Shown: piece by piece, positions 39,926 to 49,757 of the stretch
Numbering within the stretch: position 1 is the first letter of the stretch
Layout of the letters: every line of letters begins with the position of its first letter
NCBI GenBank assembly: GCA_030141605.1
Contig: JAQGDQ010000021.1
Location: 310,001 to 374,000 of the forward strand
Reading direction: 5' to 3'
Length of the DNA stretch: 64,000 bases
Origin: Tubiluchus corallicola
Taxonomy: Eukaryota; Animalia; Priapulida
Made by a program: the position numbers and the translations under genes
Notes under the pieces: generated by a model
Told to the model about the DNA's origin: nothing
What the model saw: only the letters and a program-made list of their open reading frames with translations
The model's database searches: none

Positions 39926-41188
39926 ATGTCCAATGCAATGACTGTCTGGGGGACAGATAACTATAACCTCGATCTGATGGACAATATCACAGACATTGAC
40001 TATGATTTTCTGGAATACATAGACAAATTTCAGGAGACCCTTCGTCAGGGCATGTATACTCACAGAACTCCCTTGACGATTTGCTTGATAATTGCTTATG
40101 TGGTGAGCATCATATTAGGCCTGTTCGGTAACTCACTGGTGTTCATTGTTGTGGCCAAACACAAGCAAATGAGAAGCGTCACTTACCTGTTGCTAGTTAA
40201 TCTGGCAGTAGGTGATATTATGGTAGTGTTTGTTTCAATGCCCTTGACGCTGGGATACATGATTTACCGAGTGTGGGTGTACGGAGAAATAATGTGTCGG
40301 TTGACACCATTCCTACAAGGACTGTCCGTGTCTGTTAGTGTGTTGACACTGGTTGTGGTAAGTGCAGACAGATATTACAAAATATATCATCCCATGAAGG
40401 CAAGAGTTCTGTTCGACAAAGCACGAGTGCGGTGCATGGTGGTGGCTGTTTGGGTGGCTTCTACTGTTCTTATGATACCGTTCTTACTAGTGAACCATAC
40501 GATCGAAGACCCGGAGTTTGGTTTAACTGTATGCATTGAACAATGGACGCATATAAACTACCGACGGACGTTCAATGTGTTCCTCTTTTTGGTTCTATAT
40601 GTGATTCCAATGGCGTTCATGGTATACGCTTATTACACAATCGCCACCACATTGTGGCATGGCGACTCAAAGCTTTACCACGCTGAATCTCAGCGTCAGA
40701 AATTAGACATAGAAAGGCTGCAACAACAACGACGCAAATTGGTGAAAATGATCATAGCATTGACAGTGATTTTTGCGCTAACGTGGCTTCCTTATCACAT
40801 TGTCATTCTCTGGATGGACTTTAAAAGAGATGGAGGAAAAGAGTTCGATGCTAGTGAGAAAAACATTGCCATTAACGTATTTCCCCTTGTACAGTGGCTA
40901 GCCTTGAGTAATTCGTCATTAAATCCTCTTTGTTATTGTTTATTCAGTAAGAAGTTCCAGACCTCGGTAAAGATGCTCATGAAGTGCAGTGGTGAACAGG
41001 ATAAGTCGCTCGAACGTTTTGACACAGATCAGACGCCATCAACGGTAGTCAGATGGTCATGGAGAAATCTTTCTTCTAAATTTAAGCGAGCTGGTGTTCA
41101 TGAAATGGTCAACGATAAAATCGAGGAAAATGGGAATATTCCTCAACAAGGCAACAACGCCAATGAAAAAATACAAACCCGTGATTAA
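39926..41188 (+). CDS. Class A (rhodopsin-like) neuropeptide GPCR, orexin/allatotropin or NPFF/SIFamide-like; intronless CDS
   Basis: 420 aa with seven hydrophobic segments. Motifs: GNSLV (TM1), NLAVGD (TM2), WVYGEIMC, PFLQGLSVSVSVLTL...SADRY (TM3), CIEQW (ECL2), TWLPY (TM6), QWLALSNSSLNPLCY (TM7). A splice acceptor ttttatag| at ~39824 suggests upstream non-coding exons. Confidence 0.93.
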   Translation: MSNAMTVWGTDNYNLDLMDNITDIDYDFLEYIDKFQETLRQGMYTHRTPLTICLIIAYVVSIILGLFGNSLVFIVVAKHKQMRSVTYLLLVNLAVGDIMVVFVSMPLTLGYMIYRVWVYGEIMCRLTPFLQGLSVSVSVLTLVVVSADRYYKIYHPMKARVLFDKARVRCMVVAVWVASTVLMIPFLLVNHTIEDPEFGLTVCIEQWTHINYRRTFNVFLFLVLYVIPMAFMVYAYYTIATTLWHGDSKLYHAESQRQKLDIERLQQQRRKLVKMIIALTVIFALTWLPYHIVILWMDFKRDGGKEFDASEKNIAINVFPLVQWLALSNSSLNPLCYCLFSKKFQTSVKMLMKCSGEQDKSLERFDTDQTPSTVVRWSWRNLSSKFKRAGVHEMVNDKIEENGNIPQQGNNANEKIQTRD

Positions 41189-41999
41189 CCTACCCAATTT
41201 TTCCTAAAAAAACTTGTTAGAAAAAAGAACAATATTTTGATGCCCAAGCTTTGTGTGATTGAGTAAAATAAAGTGAATAATGTTTTTACGTATTTTTTGG
41301 TTCGATATCGTATTTTGAACACGTCTTGTTCATAACAATCTATAGCTGTGTAATTAACTATGTAATCACTTATATAGACATTATTTCTAAGGCCATTTCT
41401 CTTTATAGTCATTCATTCACGTAAATGCTATCTGTTTCTTGAAAAGGGTTTCTAAAATTGTTTGGGACGAGAAAGGCTCACAAATTTTACAACAGGGGCT
41501 ATCTGAGTACTCTATCCAGCATCCAGTAAAACCTGACAAAAGTGCAGCAAGTCGTCATATAGCTATAACGCTCGATTAGTTACCTGAACTAAAAATAAAC
41601 ATCTTTGATTTTGCTTAACACTCGTAATAATCTGACACTCAGCTTTTTCTGACTAGCCTCAGCATTCTTTCATTTTGGTCCTTGAACACGCACAATCCCC
41701 CTAATCATGCTGACGATATTAATGCTTTTATAGAATTTCTAATTATTGTCGTTTCTCTGTTGCTGTTGATGTTGCTACACCCATATTTGTTATCCCGTTG
41801 CAGGCCTCAAACCTTTTTGTATCAAGGTAAGCACTGCAGTTAAAAAAACTACTTGGCAATGCTGTTACCATTGACATTGTAGTTCTAATGCTATCGTCTG
41901 TGGTCTCCATTACCTAAATTACCAGAAAAAAATTTCGGTATAAGCTACGAACAGAATAATTAGGATATTATAGGATTCTTTTCTACAGACAACTAGAGA

Positions 42000-42963
42000 C
42001 GTACTGTCGGTTAAAAGGTAAAAAATTGCTTAGACGAACCGGCTTAGAAACTTATTTACAGAAACATGTACACCATTATTAACAATATGATTTAATATCC
42101 AATACCCATAGCGTATTAAAAACGCAAATTTACAAATGTGAAAAAGAAGTGAAGGCTAGAAAAGTGATAAAAGTAGTTAACATTATTAAAGCGGAAGGTG
42201 GTATTCTATTTGGAGTCTTCTGAAAATATAAGAGAAAAGCAAGAGGGGAATTGCAGTGTGAATGCTGAAAAACAAAACAGTCACAGAAGACTAAAAAATA
42301 AAAAACCGTTACGTTATCAACAGTTACTACAAAATAATTGTGAAAGTGACTTAGAAGAACAAATTAGCTCAATAAAACTAAGTAAATAATTACCAAACAA
42401 CAACTTTGAAAAACAAGAAAACAATGGGTGACCAAAGGTATATTGACAATGTATTGAGATGATGAAAGCAACAGTAAATGATTTGTTGCAAAGTATAGCA
42501 CACATTTAAGGAGATACTAATAAGTGAAACAATACTAAAAAAGTGGGTGGAAATGGGACAGAAATGAGTGGTTTATAAATCCATTTACAAAAAAGGGAAG
42601 TCGAAATGAGCTAAAGAATCGGAGAGGCATTTTCCTTACCAGTGACGCATCTAAATTATTTGAAAGAAAGAAAACTTTCGAAAGAAATGAAGTTGTTCTG
42701 CAAAATAATTTGTCCGAGAGTCAGTGTGGAGGAAAAAGGAACGTGGTATAAGTGACAGGAATAAAATGTCGTTAACAAGTAATGATGTGGGACTTGATAC
42801 CAGAATATACGTGGATGATATTCTGCGCCATGGTGATGAAAATGTAGTAATGAATGTGGCAAAAAATGCAGAATGATGGAAGAAATCAAGAAGTTTACAT
42901 ATAGTAGTGAAAAATCAGCACAGATGGTAATTACACGAAAAACAGCAAAAGCAGATCAAGGGT
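42000..42963 (+). mobile_element. Decayed LINE RT fragment (host of the LTR insertion, left part)
   Basis: Fragments YKK-GSRNELKNRRGIFLTSDASKLFER, LSESQCGG and IYVDDIL (about 42585-42825), with frameshifts and deletions. The + strand is A-rich. Confidence 0.7.
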
Positions 42964-43346
42964 NNNNNNNNNNNNNNNNNNNNNNNNNNNNNNNNNNNNN
43001 NNNNNNNNNNNNNNNNNNNNNNNNNNNNNNNNNNNNNNNNNNNNNNNNNNNNNNNNNNNNNNNNNNNNNNNNNNNNNNNNNNNNNNNNNNNNNNNNNNNN
43101 NNNNNNNNNNNNNNNNNNNNNNNNNNNNNNNNNNNNNNNNNNNNNNNNNNNNNNNNNNNNNNNNNNNNNNNNNNNNNNNNNNNNNNNNNNNNNNNNNNNN
43201 NNNNNNNNNNNNNNNNNNNNNNNNNNNNNNNNNNNNNNNNNNNNNNNNNNNNNNNNNNNNNNNNNNNNNNNNNNNNNNNNNNNNNNNNNNNNNNNNNNNN
43301 NNNNNNNNNNNNNNNNNNNNNNNNNNNNNNNNNNNNNNNNNNNNNN
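42964..43346. other. Assembly gap (383 N)
   Basis: Run of N. Confidence 1.
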
Positions 43347-44633
43347 TGTAATGTGGGGCGGATCTCACAATCAAGTATGAGCAATCAGCGCTCTTATTGT
43401 TTGGTAGCGTGTGTCATACTACTCAGTTTTTACTCAATATATTTCTTCAACACAAAACGTGAAACTAATTTTATGCAGTTTTTATGATAAGATAAGCCTT
43501 TAATATTCATAAATGTTGATAATATAAAATTAGTTCAAACCAAATGACAGCAGTTAATTTGTACCCGGGTACCCATTCAATAAACATGTATTGCTACACT
43601 ACTCAAAGTTTACTGACCGGTAATACTTTCAGATGCTACAAACAATACCCAAAAATTACCTTTGGCTAACAAAATAAAATAATCTAACAGTTCACCAACG
43701 CTTGTTAATAGTATGTCCATAAAGTAAAGCTCCATCCACACGAGGTTGTAATGTAAGCTATCAGCACTTTGAACTGAGTCTTAGTTTTACCAGCCACTGC
43801 CAGTCGAAGCAAGTATCGTTGTACAAAAGGAAGCAACAGGCGGTGGCCTAGTAGTTAAACAAAAGAAACGAGAATTTATCACTTACAGTCTCAGCATCAA
43901 TGAAAGCATACGTCTGCAATACTTATCGGTGGTAGCACGACGACGAAGGTGGCGGATCCACAACATCGGTGTGCACACCCGGGTGTTTAGAGCATAGCTG
44001 GACTGCGAAGTCACAAGCAGATGGGAGTCGTTCCCGGAAGCGTCCTGCGTTGGTAGAACGGTAGTTTGGTTTTTCACGTCAGATGTCACAACGTAACTCG
44101 ATGTAAGCAAATGGAGAACTGGGCTTGATACTAGAACTGCCCACACAAATAGTCACTAGCACGTAGTTGGAACTTTCACTAAACATTAGCGTTTGGTAGA
44201 GCCAGCTAAAGTTGCACGATTTATATGCAAAGAAGCAAAACATATGTTAAAAAAACTGTTCAGCATTATATCTGCCCGCAAGTCTCTCTTGCCAAGAGCC
44301 ACGTCGTTCTCTACACATCTGTGTGAAAAGACCTCTAAAGCCGGTTGTCTAATAGTCTGGCTTCAATAACACTATAGCAGGATAACCCGTATTTGCATAT
44401 CCGTTCGACGAGTTTACCCTAGATTTGACCTATGCGCATAACTAAAGTGTAACACCTGGTTTATACATTGAACAGCTATAAACAACAATTTTATACAGCC
44501 CAAACTAAATTACGTATACTACCGTAAAGTGTACATTGGCCAGAAAAACATATCTCGTTCTACAACGAAGTTAAGTTAGTAATAACTAAATCTAGTTACA
44601 AATACAAAGATATATGCTAAGCTGGTCGTTACA
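43347..44633 (-). repeat. 3' LTR (1287 bp, complete)
   Basis: Termini TGTAA...TTACA. Adjacent to the PPT. Matches 49758-50644 at offset 6411. Confidence 0.92.
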
Positions 44634-44646
44634 TAGCCCCCTAATT
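44634..44646 (-). promoter_or_regulatory. Polypurine tract
   Basis: Minus strand reads AAATTAGGGGGCTA immediately before the TGTAAC start of the 3' LTR. Confidence 0.7.
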
Positions 44647-44725
44647 TGAAGACTATTATTCTCATGGAATCATAGGCTATTCCATTTCGATCAGCGCCTG
44701 CATTATCTTTGGTTCTTGGGTATGG

Positions 44726-46120
44726 TTACGCGGCAGTGTCAGGCTTATCAGCTTCCCAGTTGCGTGATAGACCGTCTGCGATGTTGGCCTTTCCCTTGAT
44801 ATACTCAATCCGGAATGTGTATTCCTGTAGGATTAATGACCAACGGGCCAGCTTACGGTTCTTCCCTTTCATCCTTTGCAACCAAGTGAGACACTGATGG
44901 TCTGAACGGATGACGAACTGCCTTCCCAAAAGATAGTAACTCAGTTTTTGCACTGCCCAGACTATTGCAAGGAGTTCCAGTTCCACCACTGCATAGTTTG
45001 ACTCTGGTTTAGTTAATTTCCGGCTGATATAAGTTATGGCCCGCTCATTCCCTTCATCTGTCTTTTGGGACAGAATGCCTCCAAGGCCTGTGGTTGATGC
45101 ATCTACAGTCAAGAGGAATTCTTTGCTGAAATCTGGTGCTCCTAGAAAGGTATCTGAGATAACTGCCTCCCGGAGCTGAATGAATGCAGATTCACACTCT
45201 TTGTCCCACACAACATCGTTGGGCCTATGCTTCTTTGTAAGTTCGTACAGCGGAGTGGCTATGCTACTAAAGCCTGGAACAAAGGAACGATAGAAGCCAA
45301 TAAAGCCGAGGAAACTTCGAACTTCTTTTTTTGTCTTGGGTCGAGGAAAATGTTTAATAAGCTCCAGTTTATCTGGTTGTGGTCGCAGAACATCTTGTCC
45401 AACCACATGTCCTAAAAAATCGACTTTGCTGAAAGCGAATGCACACTTCTTTGGCTTGATGGTAAGCTTGGCCCTATATACCCGCGAAAGTATATCATCA
45501 ACATGCTCTAAATGTTGTGACCAATCTGGGCTCCAAATGACTGTGTCATCTATGTAGCCTCTCGCAAAATGAGGAGATCCTTCCAGGAGTCTATCCATGA
45601 GTTTTTGGCAGGTTGCGGCCGCATTAACCAAGCCAAAAGGCGTCACGAGAAACTCCCACTGTCCCCAAGGTAGAACGAATGATGATAGCTTGCGTGAATC
45701 GGGGTGCAATGGTATTTGCCAATACCCTTTGGTTAAATCCAACTTCGTCATATACTTGGCTCCATGCATATTGCTGAGCAATTCCTGCATATTTGGGATT
45801 GGGTTTGGGTCAAAGGTTGTGACTTCATTGAGCTTGATGTAGTTAACACAAAATCGGATAGTCCCATCCTTTTTGGGAACAACTACTACTGGACTTGTTG
45901 TACTGGAGTCTGACTTCTGGATTATACCCAGCTTAATCATCTCATCGACTTCTCTCCGAAGTGCTTCTTCCTGTGCTTTTGGCACACGATACGGAGCTTG
46001 ACGAATAGGCTTATAGTCTTTAGGAACAAAAATCTCGTGCTGTATCAGATCTGTACAACCCGGTACATCTGAAAACACATCAGCATGTTTACGAAGTATG
46101 TGTATCAGCTGCTGCTTCTC
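44726..46120 (-). CDS. pol: Pol 3' part: reverse transcriptase and RNase H (frameshifted from the upstream ORF)
   Basis: RT motifs SPVVVVPKKDGTIRFC, KLDLTKGYWQ, PFGLVNA, YIDD and FLGHVV. RNase H motifs TVDAS, ELELLAIVWAV, SDHQ and ADGLSR. The frame extends upstream of the listed ORF through KQQLIHILRKHADVFSD. Confidence 0.95.
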   Translation of the reverse strand, partial: EKQQLIHILRKHADVFSDVPGCTDLIQHEIFVPKDYKPIRQAPYRVPKAQEEALRREVDEMIKLGIIQKSDSSTTSPVVVVPKKDGTIRFCVNYIKLNEVTTFDPNPIPNMQELLSNMHGAKYMTKLDLTKGYWQIPLHPDSRKLSSFVLPWGQWEFLVTPFGLVNAAATCQKLMDRLLEGSPHFARGYIDDTVIWSPDWSQHLEHVDDILSRVYRAKLTIKPKKCAFAFSKVDFLGHVVGQDVLRPQPDKLELIKHFPRPKTKKEVRSFLGFIGFYRSFVPGFSSIATPLYELTKKHRPNDVVWDKECESAFIQLREAVISDTFLGAPDFSKEFLLTVDASTTGLGGILSQKTDEGNERAITYISRKLTKPESNYAVVELELLAIVWAVQKLSYYLLGRQFVIRSDHQCLTWLQRMKGKNRKLARWSLILQEYTFRIEYIKGKANIADGLSRNWEADKPDTAA

Positions 46121-49100
46121 TGAGTCTTGGAGAGGTGGTCGGGTATGCTAATATCATCCACACTTTGTGTTTGTTGTGTAACTGGTGGAAACATATGCTC
46201 CTGTACCTCGCCTTCCTGATACGTCTCATTGCCTTTCCCCTGAGTGGCTATAGACAGCATCACATGACCTTCAGTGCGCTCTACCCAAGGGCGTAGCAGG
46301 TTTATGTGGAAGCATTTCTGCCGATGCTTCTTACCACGAAAAGCAATTTTATAGACTTGGTCAGACACCTTTTCCAACACTTGGTATGGTCCTTTCCATA
46401 CACGTTGCAGCTTCTTTGTACTCTTTGGCAACAAAACCAAGACTTTACTGCCTACCTCTAGAGATCTTTCCCGTGCTTTTTGATCGTACCACTTCTTTTG
46501 AGCGAGTTGTGCTTCACGCAGTGACTCGTGAGCTTCATTTGTCACCTGCTCCATCCGATCCATGAGCTCTTGCACAAAAGTGTGGACATCTGTCAGCTGC
46601 TTGGGTCTCTGTAAGTCAAATCTCTCACGTAACATAGCTAATGGGCCTCTGATCGGAAACCCGTACACCATCTCGAATGGTGAGTATGAGGTAGAACTTT
46701 GGGGACAATCCCGGTATGCAAAAAGTACTAGCGGAATAAGTTCGTCCCACTCCCAGGATCCTGCACTCATCTGGAGCTTTCGAATTGATGTCTTCAAAGT
46801 TTGATTGTACCTCTCAGTCAGGCCAGATGTCTGAGGATGATATGGAGTAGCCAATATACCTCGTGTACCTAGCACAGCCTCCAGATCCTGTAGGACTTGT
46901 GAAACAAAAGCCGGACCTTGATCGGTTACAATCTCCATTGGTACACCATATGTTGCTATGTAACGTAGTAGGGCCTTTACGGTGCACTCAGCCGTCTGTG
47001 ACTTTGTTGGATAAACTTCCGGGTATCTGGTGCAATAGTCAGTTATCACTAGTGCATACTTATTACCACTTTTCGTACGTGCAAGTGGCCCTATATAATC
47101 CATTGACACTTTCTGGAAGGGTAGTTGATCCACAGAGATTGGTCGCAGTTTGACTCGGTCTGCAGTCCTTCTCTTCGAACATTTCTGGCATATTGGGCAA
47201 CTACGTACGTAAGCTCTTATGTCGCTATGTACTTGTGGCCAAAAGAACATGCTCAACACCTTCTGTGTTGTCTTTTGTATTCCAAAATGTGCTGCCAGTT
47301 TATTGTCGTGAGCCATTTTCAGTACTTCAGCTCTCCTTTCTTTTGGCAGGACTATCAAGCTTTTCCCTTCCTTGTCTTTGGCTCGTCTCAGGAATAGCAG
47401 AAGTAGACCATCTTTTATGTAGTAACCTTTGCCTAGCTGTACAGCTTCCTCTTCTGGAATTACACTGTCGAACAGTGGCTTCAGCGTTACGCACCCTTGT
47501 TGCTGCTGTCTGAGTTTGTCACGGTCCTCGCCGGCACAAAATGGCTTTTCGTCTAGCACGCTATTCAGCTCATCTTCTGGGGCTACTTCATGTTGGTCTT
47601 CTTCCTGCAGTTTCTTTGCTTGGGTTCTAGTCATAACTTGTGTCTTGACGTCAGCATCAATGCCTCTATCTTGACTATATTGGTCACCACTGTTTGCCAC
47701 CTCAGCTACATTTGCGATTGTAGGCCTACCATTGGAGGGTTTCTTTGTGGCTTTCCTTGTCTTTGGTTTCTTCAACTGAGAACTAGACGTCTGGGTACTA
47801 GAATTGGTGCAATGGTCTTCTCTCTGTGAAACATCATTTGGGAGCCTCTTCCCTACCATGGATTTTGGGATGAAGGTTTCCATATAGTTGTTTCCTAGAA
47901 GACAATCTGATGGCAGTTTGTCTTGAACCACGAACTCTAATTCTCCAGTCACCGCCTGGCTCTCTATTGGTAGTCTTGCCACTTCACATGGGCGTCGATC
48001 ACCATGACCGCACAATATGTCGACTGTTCGTCCGGGTACTAGCTGCTCAACATTGACATAGCGACGATGTATGCAGTTTACGTTAGCCCCTGTGTCACGC
48101 TGTACATCGACCTTGTAGCCATTTATTCGAGCTGGAAAACAGTATGGTTCATCTTTGTCATAAGTGATTCCATCAGTGGAGGGGAGTTCAGTGTACTGGA
48201 TCCGTCCTTTTATGGCATTCTTCCTAGACATTGGCATATTTGCTTTGGGTGGATGTTTTGCTCTAGGACAGCTAACTGCATAATGTCCGTATCCACCACA
48301 GTTGAAGCATCTTGCTGACTTCTGGAGGCTCCCAGCCTCCTGTGGCTCATCTACTGGCTTGTTATTCTTGCTGGACCGATGCTGCTTCATTGGCTTACCC
48401 CTGCTACCGTACTGTGATTGCTTATCTAAATCTAATCCTTCAGAGTATGCATAGTAGTCACATTTGATAGCAACATCTTCAAAGCCTGTTATGTTATTAC
48501 GTCGGACCCATCTGGCAATCTGTGGGGGAACACGACTTAAAGCTTGCTCCAGATAGAACAAATCTTTTGCTTGTTCCAATGTCTGAACATTAGCTGCTTG
48601 TAGCCAAAGATCCCCTGCATTTTTAGCTCGAGTAAAATATGCACGGTAACACTCATCCACACCTCGTGTCACTTTCCGGAAGGTTTGACGATAGTAATCT
48701 GGAGTCAAGGAGAAGAAAGAAAGAACACACTCTTTGATCTTGTCATAGTCCTGCAAGTCTCCCTGGGGGACACAGTTGTAAGCACGGAGGGCTTTGGTAT
48801 GTCCTGCTAAGGCACGAGATAGGACACATGGCCAATCTTTCTTGGGTATCCTGTTTACCACCAGACAGCGCTCCAAGTAGCTAAAGTATTCAGCTAGATC
48901 AGGTTCCTGTGACCCTTCTCCAAAGTATTTAATCTTTAGACTCTCATGTCTTGGAGTAGATCTATCTTCAATAGCTCCCTCTTGAGTATTAGCTGTAGTA
49001 CAACGTGGATGCCTGGATTCCGATGTGGCTGCCATCTCAGATTCGAAAGACAGACTCATCTTGTGCAGCTGCAATGTGTGTTGACGTTCCTTAGCACGTT

Positions 49101-49281
49101 CTTCACTTTCATGTTTCATACGTTCGCGTTGAAATTCCAGCAGCATTGCAAGCCGTTCTGCATCGAATCCAGCATACTGGGTTAAATCCACATCTGGTAA
49201 TTGGCCTGCATTCACGTAGGCAGGTTGTCGTTTACCTCTAGGTGGTGGATCCATACACAAAGGGTCAGGATCTCCTGCCAT
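46105..49281 (-). CDS. Gag (SCAN-like capsid CTD, CCHC knuckle), aspartic protease and integrase
   Basis: SCAN-like PDYYRQTFR...LWL...LEQALSRVP...WVR; zinc knuckle CFNCGGYGHYAVSC; protease DTGA; integrase HDNKLAAH...CPIC, DYIGPL, TDQG, YHPQTSGLTERYN and a WKGPY module. Confidence 0.95.
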   Translation of the reverse strand: MAGDPDPLCMDPPPRGKRQPAYVNAGQLPDVDLTQYAGFDAERLAMLLEFQRERMKHESEERAKERQHTLQLHKMSLSFESEMAATSESRHPRCTTANTQEGAIEDRSTPRHESLKIKYFGEGSQEPDLAEYFSYLERCLVVNRIPKKDWPCVLSRALAGHTKALRAYNCVPQGDLQDYDKIKECVLSFFSLTPDYYRQTFRKVTRGVDECYRAYFTRAKNAGDLWLQAANVQTLEQAKDLFYLEQALSRVPPQIARWVRRNNITGFEDVAIKCDYYAYSEGLDLDKQSQYGSRGKPMKQHRSSKNNKPVDEPQEAGSLQKSARCFNCGGYGHYAVSCPRAKHPPKANMPMSRKNAIKGRIQYTELPSTDGITYDKDEPYCFPARINGYKVDVQRDTGANVNCIHRRYVNVEQLVPGRTVDILCGHGDRRPCEVARLPIESQAVTGELEFVVQDKLPSDCLLGNNYMETFIPKSMVGKRLPNDVSQREDHCTNSSTQTSSSQLKKPKTRKATKKPSNGRPTIANVAEVANSGDQYSQDRGIDADVKTQVMTRTQAKKLQEEDQHEVAPEDELNSVLDEKPFCAGEDRDKLRQQQQGCVTLKPLFDSVIPEEEAVQLGKGYYIKDGLLLLFLRRAKDKEGKSLIVLPKERRAEVLKMAHDNKLAAHFGIQKTTQKVLSMFFWPQVHSDIRAYVRSCPICQKCSKRRTADRVKLRPISVDQLPFQKVSMDYIGPLARTKSGNKYALVITDYCTRYPEVYPTKSQTAECTVKALLRYIATYGVPMEIVTDQGPAFVSQVLQDLEAVLGTRGILATPYHPQTSGLTERYNQTLKTSIRKLQMSAGSWEWDELIPLVLFAYRDCPQSSTSYSPFEMVYGFPIRGPLAMLRERFDLQRPKQLTDVHTFVQELMDRMEQVTNEAHESLREAQLAQKKWYDQKARERSLEVGSKVLVLLPKSTKKLQRVWKGPYQVLEKVSDQVYKIAFRGKKHRQKCFHINLLRPWVERTEGHVMLSIATQGKGNETYQEGEVQEHMFPPVTQQTQSVDDISIPDHLSKTQRSSS

Positions 49282-49610
49282 ATATCCAATTCTGGAGGTG
49301 GTGATTCATCTGCTAGCTGTTGAACAGGGTCTTCTTCTTCAGCGTGAGAAGACTGTGTCACTTCATCTAATTTATGTTCACCTTCTTTGGATTTGGCACC
49401 GGGCTGATATCCAGTGATGGAGCCACTTTCCATCATTTTAGGATCCAAAGCTGGCGGTCTCCTAATGGTCTGACTATGCAAAATAGATGAAATCAGCTGC
49501 TCGCGGTTACGTCTTTCATAAACCAGATCACGGCTATGAGCTATTCCTCGAAGTGCTTCAGGACTAAGTAGTTCCAACTGGGGGCGGGTAAGTTCAATGT
49601 ATCCTTCCAT
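49212..49610 (-). CDS. Gag N-terminal segment (frameshifted), HeH/Rho-N-like helical motif
   Basis: ATG lies about 130 nt downstream of the PBS. Joins the Gag ORF if one AT repeat unit at ~49282 is removed. Confidence 0.7.
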   Translation of the reverse strand: MEGYIELTRPQLELLSPEALRGIAHSRDLVYERRNREQLISSILHSQTIRRPPALDPKMMESGSITGYQPGAKSKEGEHKLDEVTQSSHAEEEDPVQQLADESPPPELDIWQEILTLCVWIHHLEVNDNLPT

Positions 49611-49738
49611 TTGAAACAGTTACAATGTGCTGAAAAACATCTACATAACTTGAAACAATGAGCATTAATCCAATGCCTAAATAGCATAACAATTACTCAA
49701 AACTAAATGAATAGAATGACTGGCGTAATTGAGATCTG

Positions 49739-49756
49739 ATCCCACCGCTGCCACCA
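49739..49756 (-). promoter_or_regulatory. Primer binding site complementary to the tRNA-Leu 3' end
   Basis: Minus strand TGGTGGCAGCGGTGGGAT starts 1 nt after the LTR end. The plus strand ATCCCACCGCTGCCACCA equals the 3' 18 nt of animal tRNA-Leu(AAG/TAG) plus CCA. Confidence 0.88.
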
Positions 49757-49757
49757 G

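Noticed and set aside
42873-43487. Long ORFs containing X
   Set aside because: Artefacts of the N gap.
43883-44146. Duplicated 87-aa ORF (also 50294-50557) as an accessory or env gene
   Set aside because: It lies within the LTRs, starts at GTG and has no recognisable domain. The duplication simply reflects LTR identity.
45227-49185. Multiple plus-strand ORFs antisense to gag-pol
   Set aside because: Short shadow ORFs of the retrotransposon coding strand with no motifs.
49739-49756. tRNA-Leu gene
   Set aside because: Only the 3' 18 nt including CCA are present, next to the LTR. This is a PBS, not a tRNA gene.
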